Virus record (IMG/VR): IMGVR_UViG_3300047564_004575
Span: 8,661 to 72,660 of that record
Reading direction: 5' to 3' (one strand)
Length of the DNA stretch: 64,000 nt
Source of the DNA: a virus
Positions within the stretch are counted from its first letter, which is position 1, and each line of letters opens with the position of its first letter. Made by a program: the position numbers and the translations under genes. Positions 9,000 to 19,377 of the stretch are shown piece after piece. Below the pieces are notes generated by a model that had not been told where the DNA came from, did not search any database, and was given only the letters and a program-made list of their open reading frames with translations.

Positions 9000-9069
9000 C
9001 CTCAAACCCTTACCCCATAAGGCTGACAAGAAGTGTTGCATATATCTAAAGAACTCCAGGGGACTGCAA
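9000..9069 (+). repeat. Dispersed 70-bp repeat, copy B
   Basis: CCTCAAACCCTTACCCCATAAGG...AAGTGTTGCATATATCTAAAGAACTCCAGGGGACTGCAA. Confidence 0.9.
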
Positions 9070-9154
9070 AAACGGGATTTTATGGGATTGTTGCATTTTG
9101 TCCGTATGCCTGATAATATAGTGAGATAACCAATCAGCCCAGAGGAGGGCTATT

Positions 9155-9943
9155 ATGGGACTCATTCCAAAAGAAGCTATTGAAGCTGTAAATGACAACA
9201 ATGGTTCTAGTTTATTTATTGACCTTAAGCCAGGTGATCAAAAGTTTCGAGTTTTAAGTCTACGGTTTTATTTCGAGACTCGTACTCCAAGCCATTCTCC
9301 TATTCGATCCAAAACCAAGTTAACCAAGATTCCTTTTAATGGGCGTTTTGAATGTCACACCAAAAGCGGTAAAGTTTGGCAAGAAAAAATTAAGCAGGTA
9401 TGGGCGATGCTTGTTTGGTCTTATGCCGATCAAGACATTAAGGTTTTAAGTCTCGACAAATCAACTGTACAAAAGCAATTAGCTGCGCTAGATGCTGATG
9501 AAGATTGGGGTGACCTGTCCACCTTTGATGTGAAAATCGTCCGTAAAGGCGAAGGGACTGAAACTGAATACACGGTAATGCCATCGAATCAGAAGCCTCT
9601 ACCAAAAGACATTCAATCTCAAATTGATTCAGCCGCTGTCAATCTAGATGCAATGCTGTATTGTGTTTATCCCAACGATCCTGACTGGAAGGATAAAGCA
9701 CTGACAAAACTAATGGATAACCTGCATTTGGCATCCCAAGAGGCATCTAACCGTGGGATTCAATTTGAAGTTCCGACATCTACTGAAATCGAGATTTTGC
9801 AATCTGCATGGGAAAAAGCATTAACTTTAATGCCCTTGCACAAGCCATCGTTACCAAAAGTCACTGAGACGGTTTTACCTGAAATGCCAGAAAACTTAAC
9901 CGATGAACAAGCTGAACTAGAGCTAGCTGCGATTCCCTTCTAA
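9155..9943 (+). CDS. Putative single-stranded DNA-binding/annealing protein
   Basis: FDVKIVRKGEGTETEYTVMP motif, acidic tail ending IPF, position before the helicase. Confidence 0.55.
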   Translation: MGLIPKEAIEAVNDNNGSSLFIDLKPGDQKFRVLSLRFYFETRTPSHSPIRSKTKLTKIPFNGRFECHTKSGKVWQEKIKQVWAMLVWSYADQDIKVLSLDKSTVQKQLAALDADEDWGDLSTFDVKIVRKGEGTETEYTVMPSNQKPLPKDIQSQIDSAAVNLDAMLYCVYPNDPDWKDKALTKLMDNLHLASQEASNRGIQFEVPTSTEIEILQSAWEKALTLMPLHKPSLPKVTETVLPEMPENLTDEQAELELAAIPF

Positions 9944-10028
9944 CGTCAAACATCCGTAAATTTTATAAACGCTTGCAATCATCCCCGAAAGGCTAGTAGC
10001 GGTGATTGCAAGCTACCAAAGGAGCATT

Positions 10029-11570
10029 ATGCTTAAACTCAGAGATTACCAATTAGACGTAAAGCGTCAAGTTTACCAACACATACGCGAGGGTCAAAAT
10101 AAAATACTATTATGCGCTGGTACAGGTAGTGGCAAAACGGAGTGCGCCACTAGCATTGTTGAGGACATCCTTAGCCGCGATCGTTGTGTTGCGTTTCTAG
10201 TTCACCGTGACAATTTAGTCCGTCAAACGGTGGCAAGGTTTGAGAAGTATGGCATTAAAGCCAGTGCCGTTGCTGGTGGTATGGATTGTGACGAGTCTAA
10301 CCCCTGCCAAGTTGTCAGTATGCAAACTTTAGAGCGTCGTAAATCAGCGATGGCATTAGTTGACGATGTTGCTATTTATGATGAGGCGCACCTAACTGCA
10401 TGGCGTAAAAGTGGACAGTCAATGATTCGAGGAAATCATCATAAAATCACCATTGGGCTAACTGCTACGCCGTGGCGACTGAGTAAGCGAGAAGAAATGG
10501 GGGATTTATTTAACTCCCTAGTTTTAGCTCCTATGCCATCGCAATTAATGGAAGCCGGTTATTTAGTCCGTCCTCGCTGTTTTGGGCTTAGCGGAGCCGA
10601 TTTAAACGGGGTCAAGACCGTTGCGGGCGATTTTGCCTTAGATGATTTGTCAGTCCTTTGTAATGACGATGGCGTAGTCAATAAAGCCGTCAGTGAATGG
10701 CAACGATTAGCTAAGGGATTAACCACGATTGTTTTCTGTGTTGATGTTGCTCACGCTAAACACATGGCAGAAGCGTTTCAAAATGCAGGTGTAGCGGCTA
10801 ATTATGTTTCGGGTGATATGTGCCCCGTCAAAATTCGTGAGCCGTTATACGCTGATTTAAAGAGCGGTAAACTAACGGTGTTATGTAGTTGCAACGCATT
10901 GTCCGAAGGCTTCGATGTACCTAATATCGAGTGTGTAATCTTAGCCCGTCCGACTAAATCTAAGGCTATTTTTGTTCAACAGTTAGGGCGCGGTTTACGA
11001 ATCTCTGAAGGTAAAACAGAGTGCTTAGTTTTAGACCAAGCCGGTAACATTGAACGTCATGGTTTTATCGAAGATTTAACTCCATCTGACTTTGCTTTAA
11101 TCCAAGCCAAGCATGGCGAGAAAGGTGATCCACCAGTTAAAGAATGCCCTGAGTGTGGACACCTTCACCGTACTTTTGATATGACTTGCCCCGAATGTGG
11201 CTATGAATATCCTTTGAAGGAAAAAGTCAAGCAAGAAAGTAACTTAGTTGAGTTACGCAAGATTGAATGTGATTTACCTTTGTCCGGTCAACTATATCGG
11301 GAATGGAAAAAAGAAGCATTCAAAAAGAATATTGCTCCAGGTTATGCTATGGCTAAATTCAAAGAATTACATCCCGACCAATGGCCCAATCATCAATGGA
11401 ATTTTGGGGCAATTTTTGACGGCGATCGCAGTGAAAAAGTAATGGTCAAGTATTTAGAATACCTGGAGAATATCGCTATCAAAAAAGATAAAGATGATAA
11501 CTGGATAGCTAAAGAGTTTAAGTCTGAATTTGGCTGTTATCCCTCGCAACAATTATTAGAGGTAATGTAA
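10029..11570 (+). CDS. SF2 DEAH helicase (RadD/YejH-like) with Zn finger
   Basis: LRDYQ, GTGSGKT, DEAH, TATP, EGFDVP, QQLGRGLR, CPEC x2; start placed at ATG 10029 after AGGAG. Confidence 0.9.
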   Translation: MLKLRDYQLDVKRQVYQHIREGQNKILLCAGTGSGKTECATSIVEDILSRDRCVAFLVHRDNLVRQTVARFEKYGIKASAVAGGMDCDESNPCQVVSMQTLERRKSAMALVDDVAIYDEAHLTAWRKSGQSMIRGNHHKITIGLTATPWRLSKREEMGDLFNSLVLAPMPSQLMEAGYLVRPRCFGLSGADLNGVKTVAGDFALDDLSVLCNDDGVVNKAVSEWQRLAKGLTTIVFCVDVAHAKHMAEAFQNAGVAANYVSGDMCPVKIREPLYADLKSGKLTVLCSCNALSEGFDVPNIECVILARPTKSKAIFVQQLGRGLRISEGKTECLVLDQAGNIERHGFIEDLTPSDFALIQAKHGEKGDPPVKECPECGHLHRTFDMTCPECGYEYPLKEKVKQESNLVELRKIECDLPLSGQLYREWKKEAFKKNIAPGYAMAKFKELHPDQWPNHQWNFGAIFDGDRSEKVMVKYLEYLENIAIKKDKDDNWIAKEFKSEFGCYPSQQLLEVM

Positions 11571-12529
11571 TGAAATTTGCTAGTCTTTTTACAGGCATGG
11601 GCGCGGCTGATATGGGTGCAATGCAAGCCGGATTAACACCTATTTGGGGCGTTGAGATTGACCGACAAATTGCTATGGTCGCCATTGATTTTATCCCAGA
11701 AATCTCTAATCTTGATGTTGTAGATGTAAATTATGCGAAATTAGAACGACCAGATTGGCTTCATGCTTCCCCGCCATGTATCAACGCATCACGGGCTAAG
11801 AATGGCAAGGAAACCCAAGAAGATATTGAACTAGCTAATGCTATCTGTCGGGCGATTGAAACGCTTAAGCCTGATTATTTTAGCTTGGAAAATGTGATTG
11901 GTTATGCCAGTTTTAAGTCGCTTGCCAACATTAAACGTTACTTAAAAAACAATGGTTATTATGTTGAGTATGCTTTACTTGACTGCTCTGATTGTGGCGT
12001 ACCACAATCACGTAAACGATTATTTTTAGTCGCATCAAAGCATTGGAGGAAAATACAGGGCTTATATGATCTTGAATGCAAAGAACAAAAACCTGTCGGT
12101 TGGTATGATGCGATCGCCGATTTGATTCCTACGCTAAAAAAAACAACATTGACCGACTGGCAAGTAAAAGCAATTCACTCTAAATTTAAGGGGAATGATA
12201 CGCCTATTGGATACTGGTTGCCAGATATTGTCGTTCAAAGGTCAGGGGCGAGAAAAAAAGACGGGATACCGAATAACACAATTCGCCTATCTAATGAACC
12301 CATGTTCACGGTCAAGGCGATGTCAGGAAAGGTAAGGGTTAGTCCTAAACAAGCCACAATTGTTATTGACGGTCAATCCTACGAAGCTGATACCCGATGT
12401 CTAGCCCGTTGGCAGTCTATTCCTGACTGGTATCAATTCAGTGGCGATCTGAAACTAGACACCAAGATGATCGGCAATGCAGTACCCCCGCTAATGATGC
12501 AAAAAATCATTGAGGCAGTACTGCAATGA
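11570..12529 (+). CDS. DNA cytosine-5 methyltransferase
   Basis: FTGMG, SPPC, ENV, QSRKR, GNAVPP motifs. Confidence 0.92.
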   Translation: MKFASLFTGMGAADMGAMQAGLTPIWGVEIDRQIAMVAIDFIPEISNLDVVDVNYAKLERPDWLHASPPCINASRAKNGKETQEDIELANAICRAIETLKPDYFSLENVIGYASFKSLANIKRYLKNNGYYVEYALLDCSDCGVPQSRKRLFLVASKHWRKIQGLYDLECKEQKPVGWYDAIADLIPTLKKTTLTDWQVKAIHSKFKGNDTPIGYWLPDIVVQRSGARKKDGIPNNTIRLSNEPMFTVKAMSGKVRVSPKQATIVIDGQSYEADTRCLARWQSIPDWYQFSGDLKLDTKMIGNAVPPLMMQKIIEAVLQ

Positions 12530-12618
12530 AAAAAGACCCCGTAGGGTCTAAAAATAGTTAAGCAAACAAAACAGATCACCCACTATCTTTGCAATGGTGG
12601 GTTTTTTATTTTAACCTA

Positions 12619-13278
12619 CTATGCCAGCCATCCTGATTGCATCTGAATCAAGTCCATTTCTCTCCCGTAGTAGATAGAGCATTTACAAGCCTGGGCGCAT
12701 TTACAAGACTGTCCAGGCACTGGTAAAACTCCTATCGGTCTAACGCCCATCCTGGCATATCTGAGACAATCTTCGCAGTGTTTAGCCTGCGCATCTAGTT
12801 TCCGTAACGCATGGGTGTTGTAATCGGTGTTGACAGCGTAGGAACGTCTACCCATTTCATAGCTCACCCGACTAGATTGTACAAACCTAGAAAGGCGATA
12901 ATCCAGCATTTTGCGAGATAGTTTACCGTCTCTTAAGTCTTGCACTAAATTACGCAAGGCGGGATATTGATTTTGTCTTAGCTCATTAGCAATATCTAGA
13001 TAATGAATAGCATAGGTTTTATCTTTCCCCCCTCTCCCAAAACGCATTAATGCAACATGACTATCCTTTACGTTTTTAGCTGTTTTTTCTTCCCAATCCC
13101 TAGCGGTGATTGTGCCATTAACTAACTGATTAGTGTCCTCAACTACCCGTTTTAAATAGGCAGCTTGATAGGCTTTGATGTAATTATTAACTTTAGATTC
13201 AGGCACTAATCTACCAGACGGATAGAGGTAACGTCTTTGCTTTTCGCTATAGATTAAATCTGGTAGATTGTACGCCAT
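12619..13278 (-). CDS. Putative minor head protein (Mu gpF/SPP1 gp7-like)
   Basis: C-terminal HCEDC...LPVPG..CKC...CKC pattern. Confidence 0.5.
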   Translation of the reverse strand: MAYNLPDLIYSEKQRRYLYPSGRLVPESKVNNYIKAYQAAYLKRVVEDTNQLVNGTITARDWEEKTAKNVKDSHVALMRFGRGGKDKTYAIHYLDIANELRQNQYPALRNLVQDLRDGKLSRKMLDYRLSRFVQSSRVSYEMGRRSYAVNTDYNTHALRKLDAQAKHCEDCLRYARMGVRPIGVLPVPGQSCKCAQACKCSIYYGREMDLIQMQSGWLA

Positions 13279-13532
13279 TACTTTTTAAAGCTTTTTAGGT
13301 TGACTTTTAATTCTTTACCCATAAAATATCTTAGAATATTGCTTTTTATCATTAGCATTTTAGTCAATGCCATGATGTGAAGCCTTAACTCGTCGGCTGA
13401 CGATTGACTTAACTTATCGGCAATAATCCGCAATTCTAGGGATTGCTCTAAGGTTAATTCCTGCACTTCTTTAGGTATCATGGGCTTATCCAAATTTTGA
13501 CCTTGTAATTGATAGTAACCAGCGACATCCAT
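13278..13532 (-). CDS. nblA: Phycobilisome degradation adaptor NblA
   Basis: ELTLEQSLELR....LSQSSADELR..IM.L.KMLMIKSN matches the NblA LSLEQ.F..R two-helix pattern. Confidence 0.75.
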   Translation of the reverse strand: MDVAGYYQLQGQNLDKPMIPKEVQELTLEQSLELRIIADKLSQSSADELRLHIMALTKMLMIKSNILRYFMGKELKVNLKSFKK

Positions 13533-13732
13533 TATTTATCACCCTCGATTACAATTTCAAACCTGCCATCAAAAAACTCTTTTGCTGGACGTACCCAAAC
13601 CATCTCACTATCTAAGCATCGATGAATAACCATCGTTTGTGTAGTGCTTTCCAGTAATGCCATTCCCAAAAATTCATAGCGATTACCTGTGTTTAAATGT
13701 TCGTAAATCTGCCCTTTTAATTTGTGCATCAA
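13532..13732 (-). CDS. DUF1653-like protein
   Basis: YEH..GNRY...A..EST..MV.......WVRPAKEF.DGRF. Confidence 0.8.
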   Translation of the reverse strand: MMHKLKGQIYEHLNTGNRYEFLGMALLESTTQTMVIHRCLDSEMVWVRPAKEFFDGRFEIVIEGDK

Positions 13733-14181
13733 TCTTGCTCCATTAAACTAGCGGCTTTTTCGGTAAACGTCCAGTAGGCGGGTGCATATTCTATCTTGCA
13801 CAAATAGCCAAAATTATTTAGTAAGGACAATGTATTTTTGTCTTGCGTTGATGCTGGGTAAATGTAAACAATCGCACCACAACTACTGACAGATAAGTGA
13901 TTTCTTACCATTAAAAGCAAGGCTTTAATAGTGGCGTTTTGTTCATCAATTAAAGCCCGGCTATAACAAACAGCATCAAGCAATTCTTGATGCAAGTCCA
14001 CTGCACTTTTACGACCATTGCCAGATTGTAAGATAGTGCCATATTTGTTGTATCCAAAATCCTTGCGGTCTTGGATGTCTTGGATCACTAGGTCATGGAT
14101 TGACGGGTTATTATTAACCTTTGGCATAGACTCAGGCACTGAATAATTAGCCCGTCCGTTACTTGATAGTCTGGTCATCAA
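13729..14181 (-). CDS. Hypothetical protein, possible all-alpha NTP pyrophosphohydrolase-like
   Basis: R..FG..KYG..L...DLHQELLDAVCY motif; next to dcd. Confidence 0.5.
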   Translation of the reverse strand: MMTRLSSNGRANYSVPESMPKVNNNPSIHDLVIQDIQDRKDFGYNKYGTILQSGNGRKSAVDLHQELLDAVCYSRALIDEQNATIKALLLMVRNHLSVSSCGAIVYIYPASTQDKNTLSLLNNFGYLCKIEYAPAYWTFTEKAASLMEQD

Positions 14182-14732
14182 CCTTTACTCTCCTGTACGG
14201 TTTTATCGTTATTGTAACGACCTGTTACTGCGTAACTTTTAGACGGCAATCCCAACAATAAACGGAATTCTAATTGACCAAATCTCATACCAGGATATAA
14301 CGGCAATGGCTCTAAATCATCATTGGTAATTTCCATTGTTAACCTTGACCGATTCCAACCCGCGTCAATATAACTGGCTAATTGATGCCCATACCATTCT
14401 CGCCCCCGTGAACTTTTCATATAAAAAGTAACAGCGGTAAACTCTGGAATTTTGAACGTTTCCAAAGACTCAACTAATAGGCGATCGCCAGGAAACATTT
14501 TATAGTCATCGGTCAATTTAATGTCTACATAACCGTGAGTAGTCCTTAGTTTAGCCTTATGACCAATCCGAATATCAAGGCTATGGGGATTGATGCATTC
14601 AGGCGTAATCGGTGACACCATTGGTTCGATAAACTTGTCAATCTTTTTGCCAGTAAGCCGATAGAATAACCGAATATACCAAGGCACAACGCCACAGCAT
14701 AAAGCCTTTATCTGATGATCAACTAAAACCAT
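14178..14732 (-). CDS. dcd: dCTP deaminase
   Basis: INPHSLDIRIG, KSSRGRE, YIDAGW, LTMEI, LYPGMRFGQL, Y...GRY. Confidence 0.9.
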   Translation of the reverse strand: MVLVDHQIKALCCGVVPWYIRLFYRLTGKKIDKFIEPMVSPITPECINPHSLDIRIGHKAKLRTTHGYVDIKLTDDYKMFPGDRLLVESLETFKIPEFTAVTFYMKSSRGREWYGHQLASYIDAGWNRSRLTMEITNDDLEPLPLYPGMRFGQLEFRLLLGLPSKSYAVTGRYNNDKTVQESKG

Positions 14733-14759
14733 AAAGCCCCTAAATTTAATAGGGCTATC

Positions 14760-16340
14760 TTAATTACTCCACCAAGCTAATCCCCTCGGCTTAACAAAGG
14801 CGTAAACCAACGCATCCGCTGTGTCTGGACTACGATTAAGTTCGTTCTTTGATTGCAGTAAAATCTTGCCTGCACTGTTATATTTGATGGTCAATTTAGA
14901 TAACTCAATTATCAAACTAGGGTCATTGGGTAGGCTGATTAATTCGTCTTCAGGGTATTCATTAATACCCTCAGTCATCTCATAAGTTTTGCGGATTCGT
15001 TCCCTTAAAATCCCCCAAGCTTCCGCCCGTCTGTTAGCAAACTTTTGTTTACTGGTTTTATTCTCCCCTTGCCAAACAGTGAAATCATCCGGTGAACTTG
15101 CCCCATTAAACGGCGTAACAATATAGGGCTTATCTGCAATACTTTTCAGAGTCCCCCCAACACCTGCCCCCACACCATCAGCATCAAAGCAGAGATATTC
15201 TACACCTAATTTTCGCAATAAATCATCTACAACAAAGCTAACCTGAGTAGTATCAAGGTTATCCCATTTATAGATTTTGGGGGAGACTAAGCCTTGCTGA
15301 CGGATGGTTAAGACTGATTGATTAGCACCCCCAGCGGCAACGTCTAAACCTGCACAGATAGGCTGTTCACTATCAATTAAGTCAGGAAATCTGAGATGGG
15401 CATTAATGCAAGATTGAACCCATCGTGACGGGATATAAATGCCCTCAACAGATGCCGAATAATCTAGGTCTAATTCCTGAGCAATAATAACAGGATCGCC
15501 AATCTCTTTGCTTTTCTGTTCATACCAAGGATAGATAGCATTTTTCGGAGCATCCCAACCTTGCCCCGTTTCACCATCAGGCGTTGTCCAGTGATTTTTC
15601 CTAGGGTCATCTTTCCAGTGAATGCGAAACTTAGGTATTTTCCCTTCGCTAACATAGCGGTAAAAAGCATTATCTAATCCGTTAGGCGTTGATACTTGAA
15701 TTAAGCAATTAGTGTTAGCAGATAGTGCAGACATTACTTTTTGAGAACGCTCAATAAATGCACTTTCATCCAAGAAATATAGCCCAGATCTCCCGCCACG
15801 GCCCAGACTGTCGCCCGCTTCCCCCGTTATAGTAGCCCCGTTCTGAGGGTTTGCAACTAAGCCAGTTTTTGAGATACTTTCCCACCCTTGGGGTATCAAC
15901 CATTCAGGCAAGTTTTTAATAAACAATCTGATTTTTTCAAAGATACAATCAGGGTCACCAACTCTATCAACCAAGTGAGCTTTTCGGCTTCCTACTGCCC
16001 CTTTAAAGTTAGGAGTAAAAAGCCAATGCTTGACCATAACAGCCGATAAAATCCAAGTTGCCCCAACGTCCCTAGACTTTTCTAGTATTGCCCAATTGCC
16101 ATCATAGTAATTAGTTTCGAAAAACCTTACTAGATCTTCTTGGATTGGGAACAAAAGGAATGGCTTTAATGGGTTTCTAGCATCGCGTGGATCGACAGTG
16201 TAACCGTAGTTATTGATAAACCAAACGGTATTGTTTTTCATTTCTTTTAACTGTTCTTTTCTGGCAGCTAAGACATTTTGCCCATGCCACCTAATTCGTT
16301 TCCTATCTTCCATTCTTTCTTCTGTAGACTTTATAACCAT
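14760..16340 (-). CDS. terL: Terminase large subunit
   Basis: EKSRDVGATW Walker A variant, FLDESAF Walker B, STPNG, GLDVA, SPDTADAL. Confidence 0.92.
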   Translation of the reverse strand: MVIKSTEERMEDRKRIRWHGQNVLAARKEQLKEMKNNTVWFINNYGYTVDPRDARNPLKPFLLFPIQEDLVRFFETNYYDGNWAILEKSRDVGATWILSAVMVKHWLFTPNFKGAVGSRKAHLVDRVGDPDCIFEKIRLFIKNLPEWLIPQGWESISKTGLVANPQNGATITGEAGDSLGRGGRSGLYFLDESAFIERSQKVMSALSANTNCLIQVSTPNGLDNAFYRYVSEGKIPKFRIHWKDDPRKNHWTTPDGETGQGWDAPKNAIYPWYEQKSKEIGDPVIIAQELDLDYSASVEGIYIPSRWVQSCINAHLRFPDLIDSEQPICAGLDVAAGGANQSVLTIRQQGLVSPKIYKWDNLDTTQVSFVVDDLLRKLGVEYLCFDADGVGAGVGGTLKSIADKPYIVTPFNGASSPDDFTVWQGENKTSKQKFANRRAEAWGILRERIRKTYEMTEGINEYPEDELISLPNDPSLIIELSKLTIKYNSAGKILLQSKNELNRSPDTADALVYAFVKPRGLAWWSN

Positions 16341-16684
16341 TGATCTTTTTGCTCCTGAGTCAAGTCTTCATAGCTCATAGCTCCACCTAATGCAATGATT
16401 TTTTCCGCTTCATTTTGTTGCACTATTGTTAACTTTTCGTGGAAGTTGGAAGCCCAGATTGACAAGTTTCTAATTGTATCGGCTACTTGCTTAGCCTCTG
16501 CCACAGTCAACTCAGATGCGGCGTGTTTATCTACCTGTTTATAAAGCTTTCCTACAATCGACGATTGAATCCTGTAATGTTTGCGAGTGATTTCAGCGAG
16601 GTTAAAATCAAGCTCAGTTTGACCCGTTGGCACTAGTTCCAACTGGATATTTTTATTATCATCATTAGTAGGGCGCTTTGGCAT
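16331..16684 (-). CDS. Putative terminase small subunit
   Basis: Helical 117-aa ORF overlapping the terL start. Confidence 0.5.
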   Translation of the reverse strand: MPKRPTNDDNKNIQLELVPTGQTELDFNLAEITRKHYRIQSSIVGKLYKQVDKHAASELTVAEAKQVADTIRNLSIWASNFHEKLTIVQQNEAEKIIALGGAMSYEDLTQEQKDQWL

Positions 16685-16718
16685 TTTAAAATAATACTAT
16701 TAAGATTATATTAATATT

Positions 16719-18221
16719 ATGTCTGATACATTCCATGTTAGCTGGTTAAATGATGCCAATAACACATTACAAAGGGCGATTAGTTCAGTCGGTAATCTAT
16801 CTAGCCGGGTGGGGACTTTTCATGACTCTACTAATCAAATTGCTGTAAATTATCAACCTAGATTAACACTAGAAGAACTCTATGAGTTATTCAGTAACCC
16901 GTTAATCAATACCGCCTGCACTGCTTACCCTGTTGATAGTTTACGCCATTGTCCCCACTGGAATTTTGAAGACGATAGCGATATGGGTAACGAAGTCAAG
17001 GAAGCCATTGGTGAGATTATATTTTACGACATTGCAGGGTTTCAATATAAAGGTTTAGACGGCATCAAAGAGGCATTGATCGTTGCCAATATTGAGGGCA
17101 ATTGTCACATCGTTTTAGATATTGATGATGGGAGAGAGTTAAATGAACCTGTTGATTTGGAGAATGTACAAGGCATTAAAAGCGGGGCTATTTTTGGTAG
17201 GGATAGGATTAGCTATAGTCGCGGTTACTTTGGTAAAGAACCTCATTACACCGCCATGATGGATAATCAAAAGCCTGGTTATGCTTCCTATATTCCAGAG
17301 ATTCACCCCGATAGAGTAATGCGTTTTTGGGGCGTTAAAATGACCGGTGAAATGTTATATCGAAACGATTTTAAAAACCGTTCAATCATTGAAATGGTTA
17401 TGGACAGTTTTAGTGATATGACTTTGACCAGCAAAGCCGCTTCAAACTATCTACAATCAGCATCAGGCTTTTGGTACAAGATGGATGGGCTAGCTGATAT
17501 GGTTCTCCAGGGTAAAGGAGGTGACATTCAGAAACGACTAGAACTATTCAGGATGGGCTTATCTTCTATCGGCATGATGGTCATGGACTCAAACCGTGAG
17601 GACGCAGGCTTTATTAATCGGTCATTTAGTGGCGTTGATGCCCTGGTTAACCTAGTAGTCGATAATTTTGTTAGCTGTACCCGCATCGCCCGGTCACGCT
17701 TGCTAGGCTCAACAAAACAAGGGTCTATGAGTGAGTCGGGTAAAAGCGATCATGAACAGTGGGCAGAAATGGTCAGCAACTATCAAGCTGATGTCATCGC
17801 TCCCTATATTTGTCGGTTGACTGATTTGGTGATGGCTAGCGGTGGCGATCGCCCTGAATACGAGATTACATTTCCCTCTATCCTTGTCCGTTCTGAGCTT
17901 GACAAAGCACAAACCTATAAAACCTATGCCGAAGCGGACGAAAAGTACAACGCCATCGGCTTACCCGGTAACGTTATCCTAGAGTCACGATTCAAAGGCA
18001 ATGATTTTAATACCACAATTACCCTAGATGAGGATGAACTAATGAGTATAGAACAGAGTGAGAATGATAATCAAAATCAAGAACAAAACGAGTCCCCCGC
18101 TATGTTGGAAGACTCAGATAAATTAGTTGGTATCGGTAGCAGTATCGATTTGCCTCTCAGTGATACCGAGTATGAATCGATTTTGAAGCTGTTAGAAATG
18201 GGAGAGGATTTGGAAGAGTGA
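16719..18221 (+). CDS. Portal protein (DUF1073-type)
   Basis: IHPDRVMRF.G, SFSGVDAL, I.RSRLLG, GKSD..QW, YEITFPSI; acidic tail. Confidence 0.85.
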   Translation: MSDTFHVSWLNDANNTLQRAISSVGNLSSRVGTFHDSTNQIAVNYQPRLTLEELYELFSNPLINTACTAYPVDSLRHCPHWNFEDDSDMGNEVKEAIGEIIFYDIAGFQYKGLDGIKEALIVANIEGNCHIVLDIDDGRELNEPVDLENVQGIKSGAIFGRDRISYSRGYFGKEPHYTAMMDNQKPGYASYIPEIHPDRVMRFWGVKMTGEMLYRNDFKNRSIIEMVMDSFSDMTLTSKAASNYLQSASGFWYKMDGLADMVLQGKGGDIQKRLELFRMGLSSIGMMVMDSNREDAGFINRSFSGVDALVNLVVDNFVSCTRIARSRLLGSTKQGSMSESGKSDHEQWAEMVSNYQADVIAPYICRLTDLVMASGGDRPEYEITFPSILVRSELDKAQTYKTYAEADEKYNAIGLPGNVILESRFKGNDFNTTITLDEDELMSIEQSENDNQNQEQNESPAMLEDSDKLVGIGSSIDLPLSDTEYESILKLLEMGEDLEE

Positions 18222-18598
18222 AACGCATTAAACACCATCAACAGTTAAGGGAACGGATTGTAAAGGGCATGGACTCTGTCAGTGATGCCTATCAATCCGC
18301 CATGCTACAAACTATCTCCGAACCCTATCAATGGCCCGATGGGTTTGGCGTTACTCACCGTCGCAATGGGGAAGTAGTCGTCGGCTCTAACCGTAATATC
18401 GTGGACTTGGGTAATCTTAAAAACTCCCAAACTATGTTTCGCCAGGGATTAAAAACTACCTATGAATGGTCTGGCATGGGTGAAACACCGCCAGTTATTG
18501 TCCACGAGGGAGCTACACTAGCTAACGGAACTCAAATACCACCCCGACGCTGGACTGAGGTGGCAGTTGATAAAGTAGATTGGCAGGGATTGTTTTAG
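18218..18598 (+). CDS. Putative neck/tail completion protein (HK97 gp10-like)
   Basis: RNIVDLGNLKNSQ, VHEG, PPRRW. Confidence 0.6.
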   Translation: MKRIKHHQQLRERIVKGMDSVSDAYQSAMLQTISEPYQWPDGFGVTHRRNGEVVVGSNRNIVDLGNLKNSQTMFRQGLKTTYEWSGMGETPPVIVHEGATLANGTQIPPRRWTEVAVDKVDWQGLF

Positions 18599-19056
18599 CC
18601 TTGAATTTTAACGATCGCCGATTTACCAAAGTTTGGTTTGATAATTTCTCGTTTTTCTCCAGCAAGTTGTTTCCGAACCGTAGAGACTGCAGCGACTTCC
18701 GCCCCTACTATATTCAGTTCTGAAATAAATCGCTTTTGACCATCTTGTGACAAATTAGAACAGTCAATAGATGTCTGTAATCGTCGTAATTGCTTACGTT
18801 TTTTACGGTTAGCCGCTAGGTTTTGTTTCCGAACGTAAAATACAGCTTCCTCATCGGTCAAGATAGAAATACCGCCACTATTGGTCTTACAAACTACTTC
18901 TAATCTTGATTCGATTTGACTAACCAATTGCATCACAGCAAACGAATATTCCTGAGAGTCTACTTTATGCCCTGTAATCTTTTCGAGGTAGTCAGGGTTT
19001 ATATAATCACCTTTTTGTAAGGCATCAAAATCAAAGGGAAACTTTTCAACGTTCAT
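18595..19056 (-). CDS. Hypothetical protein, candidate accessory factor of the RAMP/pentamer-array locus
   Basis: Co-oriented immediately after the array; TGGAG RBS; basic helical C-terminal half. Confidence 0.7.
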   Translation of the reverse strand: MNVEKFPFDFDALQKGDYINPDYLEKITGHKVDSQEYSFAVMQLVSQIESRLEVVCKTNSGGISILTDEEAVFYVRKQNLAANRKKRKQLRRLQTSIDCSNLSQDGQKRFISELNIVGAEVAAVSTVRKQLAGEKREIIKPNFGKSAIVKIQG

Positions 19057-19185
19057 TACGAAACTCCAAAATAAATAAAAAGGGAGAGGGGCAATTAAGC
19101 CCCCATTAGACTAGACTTGGCGCGACCCAACGTGACTCGACGCGACAGGACTTGACTCGACGGAACTGAACTTGACATGGGTTTT

Positions 19186-19228
19186 GCCGTCTTCAAGAAT
19201 TGCACTTGATTAAACCACTAGGGACAGC
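19186..19228 (-). ncRNA. Mini tRNA-like element 1 (acceptor stem plus T arm, no anticodon arm)
   Basis: GCTGTCC-CTAGTGGTTTAA-TCAAG TGCAATT CTTGA-AGACGGC. Confidence 0.75.
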
Positions 19229-19335
19229 ATGACTAGGGAGTTACCCCTAGTAATTAGACTAGACTTGACAAAACTTGACTTGACATGACATGACCGAACT
19301 CGACATGACCCAACTTGACCAAACATGATTGTTTT

Positions 19336-19377
19336 GCCCTCCGATGGAATTGCACCACCGTTAACACTAGAGAAAGC
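19336..19377 (-). ncRNA. Mini tRNA-like element 2
   Basis: GCTTTCT-CTAGTGTTAAC-GGTGG TGCAATT CCATC-GGAGGGC. Confidence 0.75.

Noticed and set aside
11570-12529. Complete restriction-modification systems around the two methyltransferases
   Set aside because: No cognate endonuclease is recognisable next to either gene. Orphan anti-restriction methyltransferases are common in phages.
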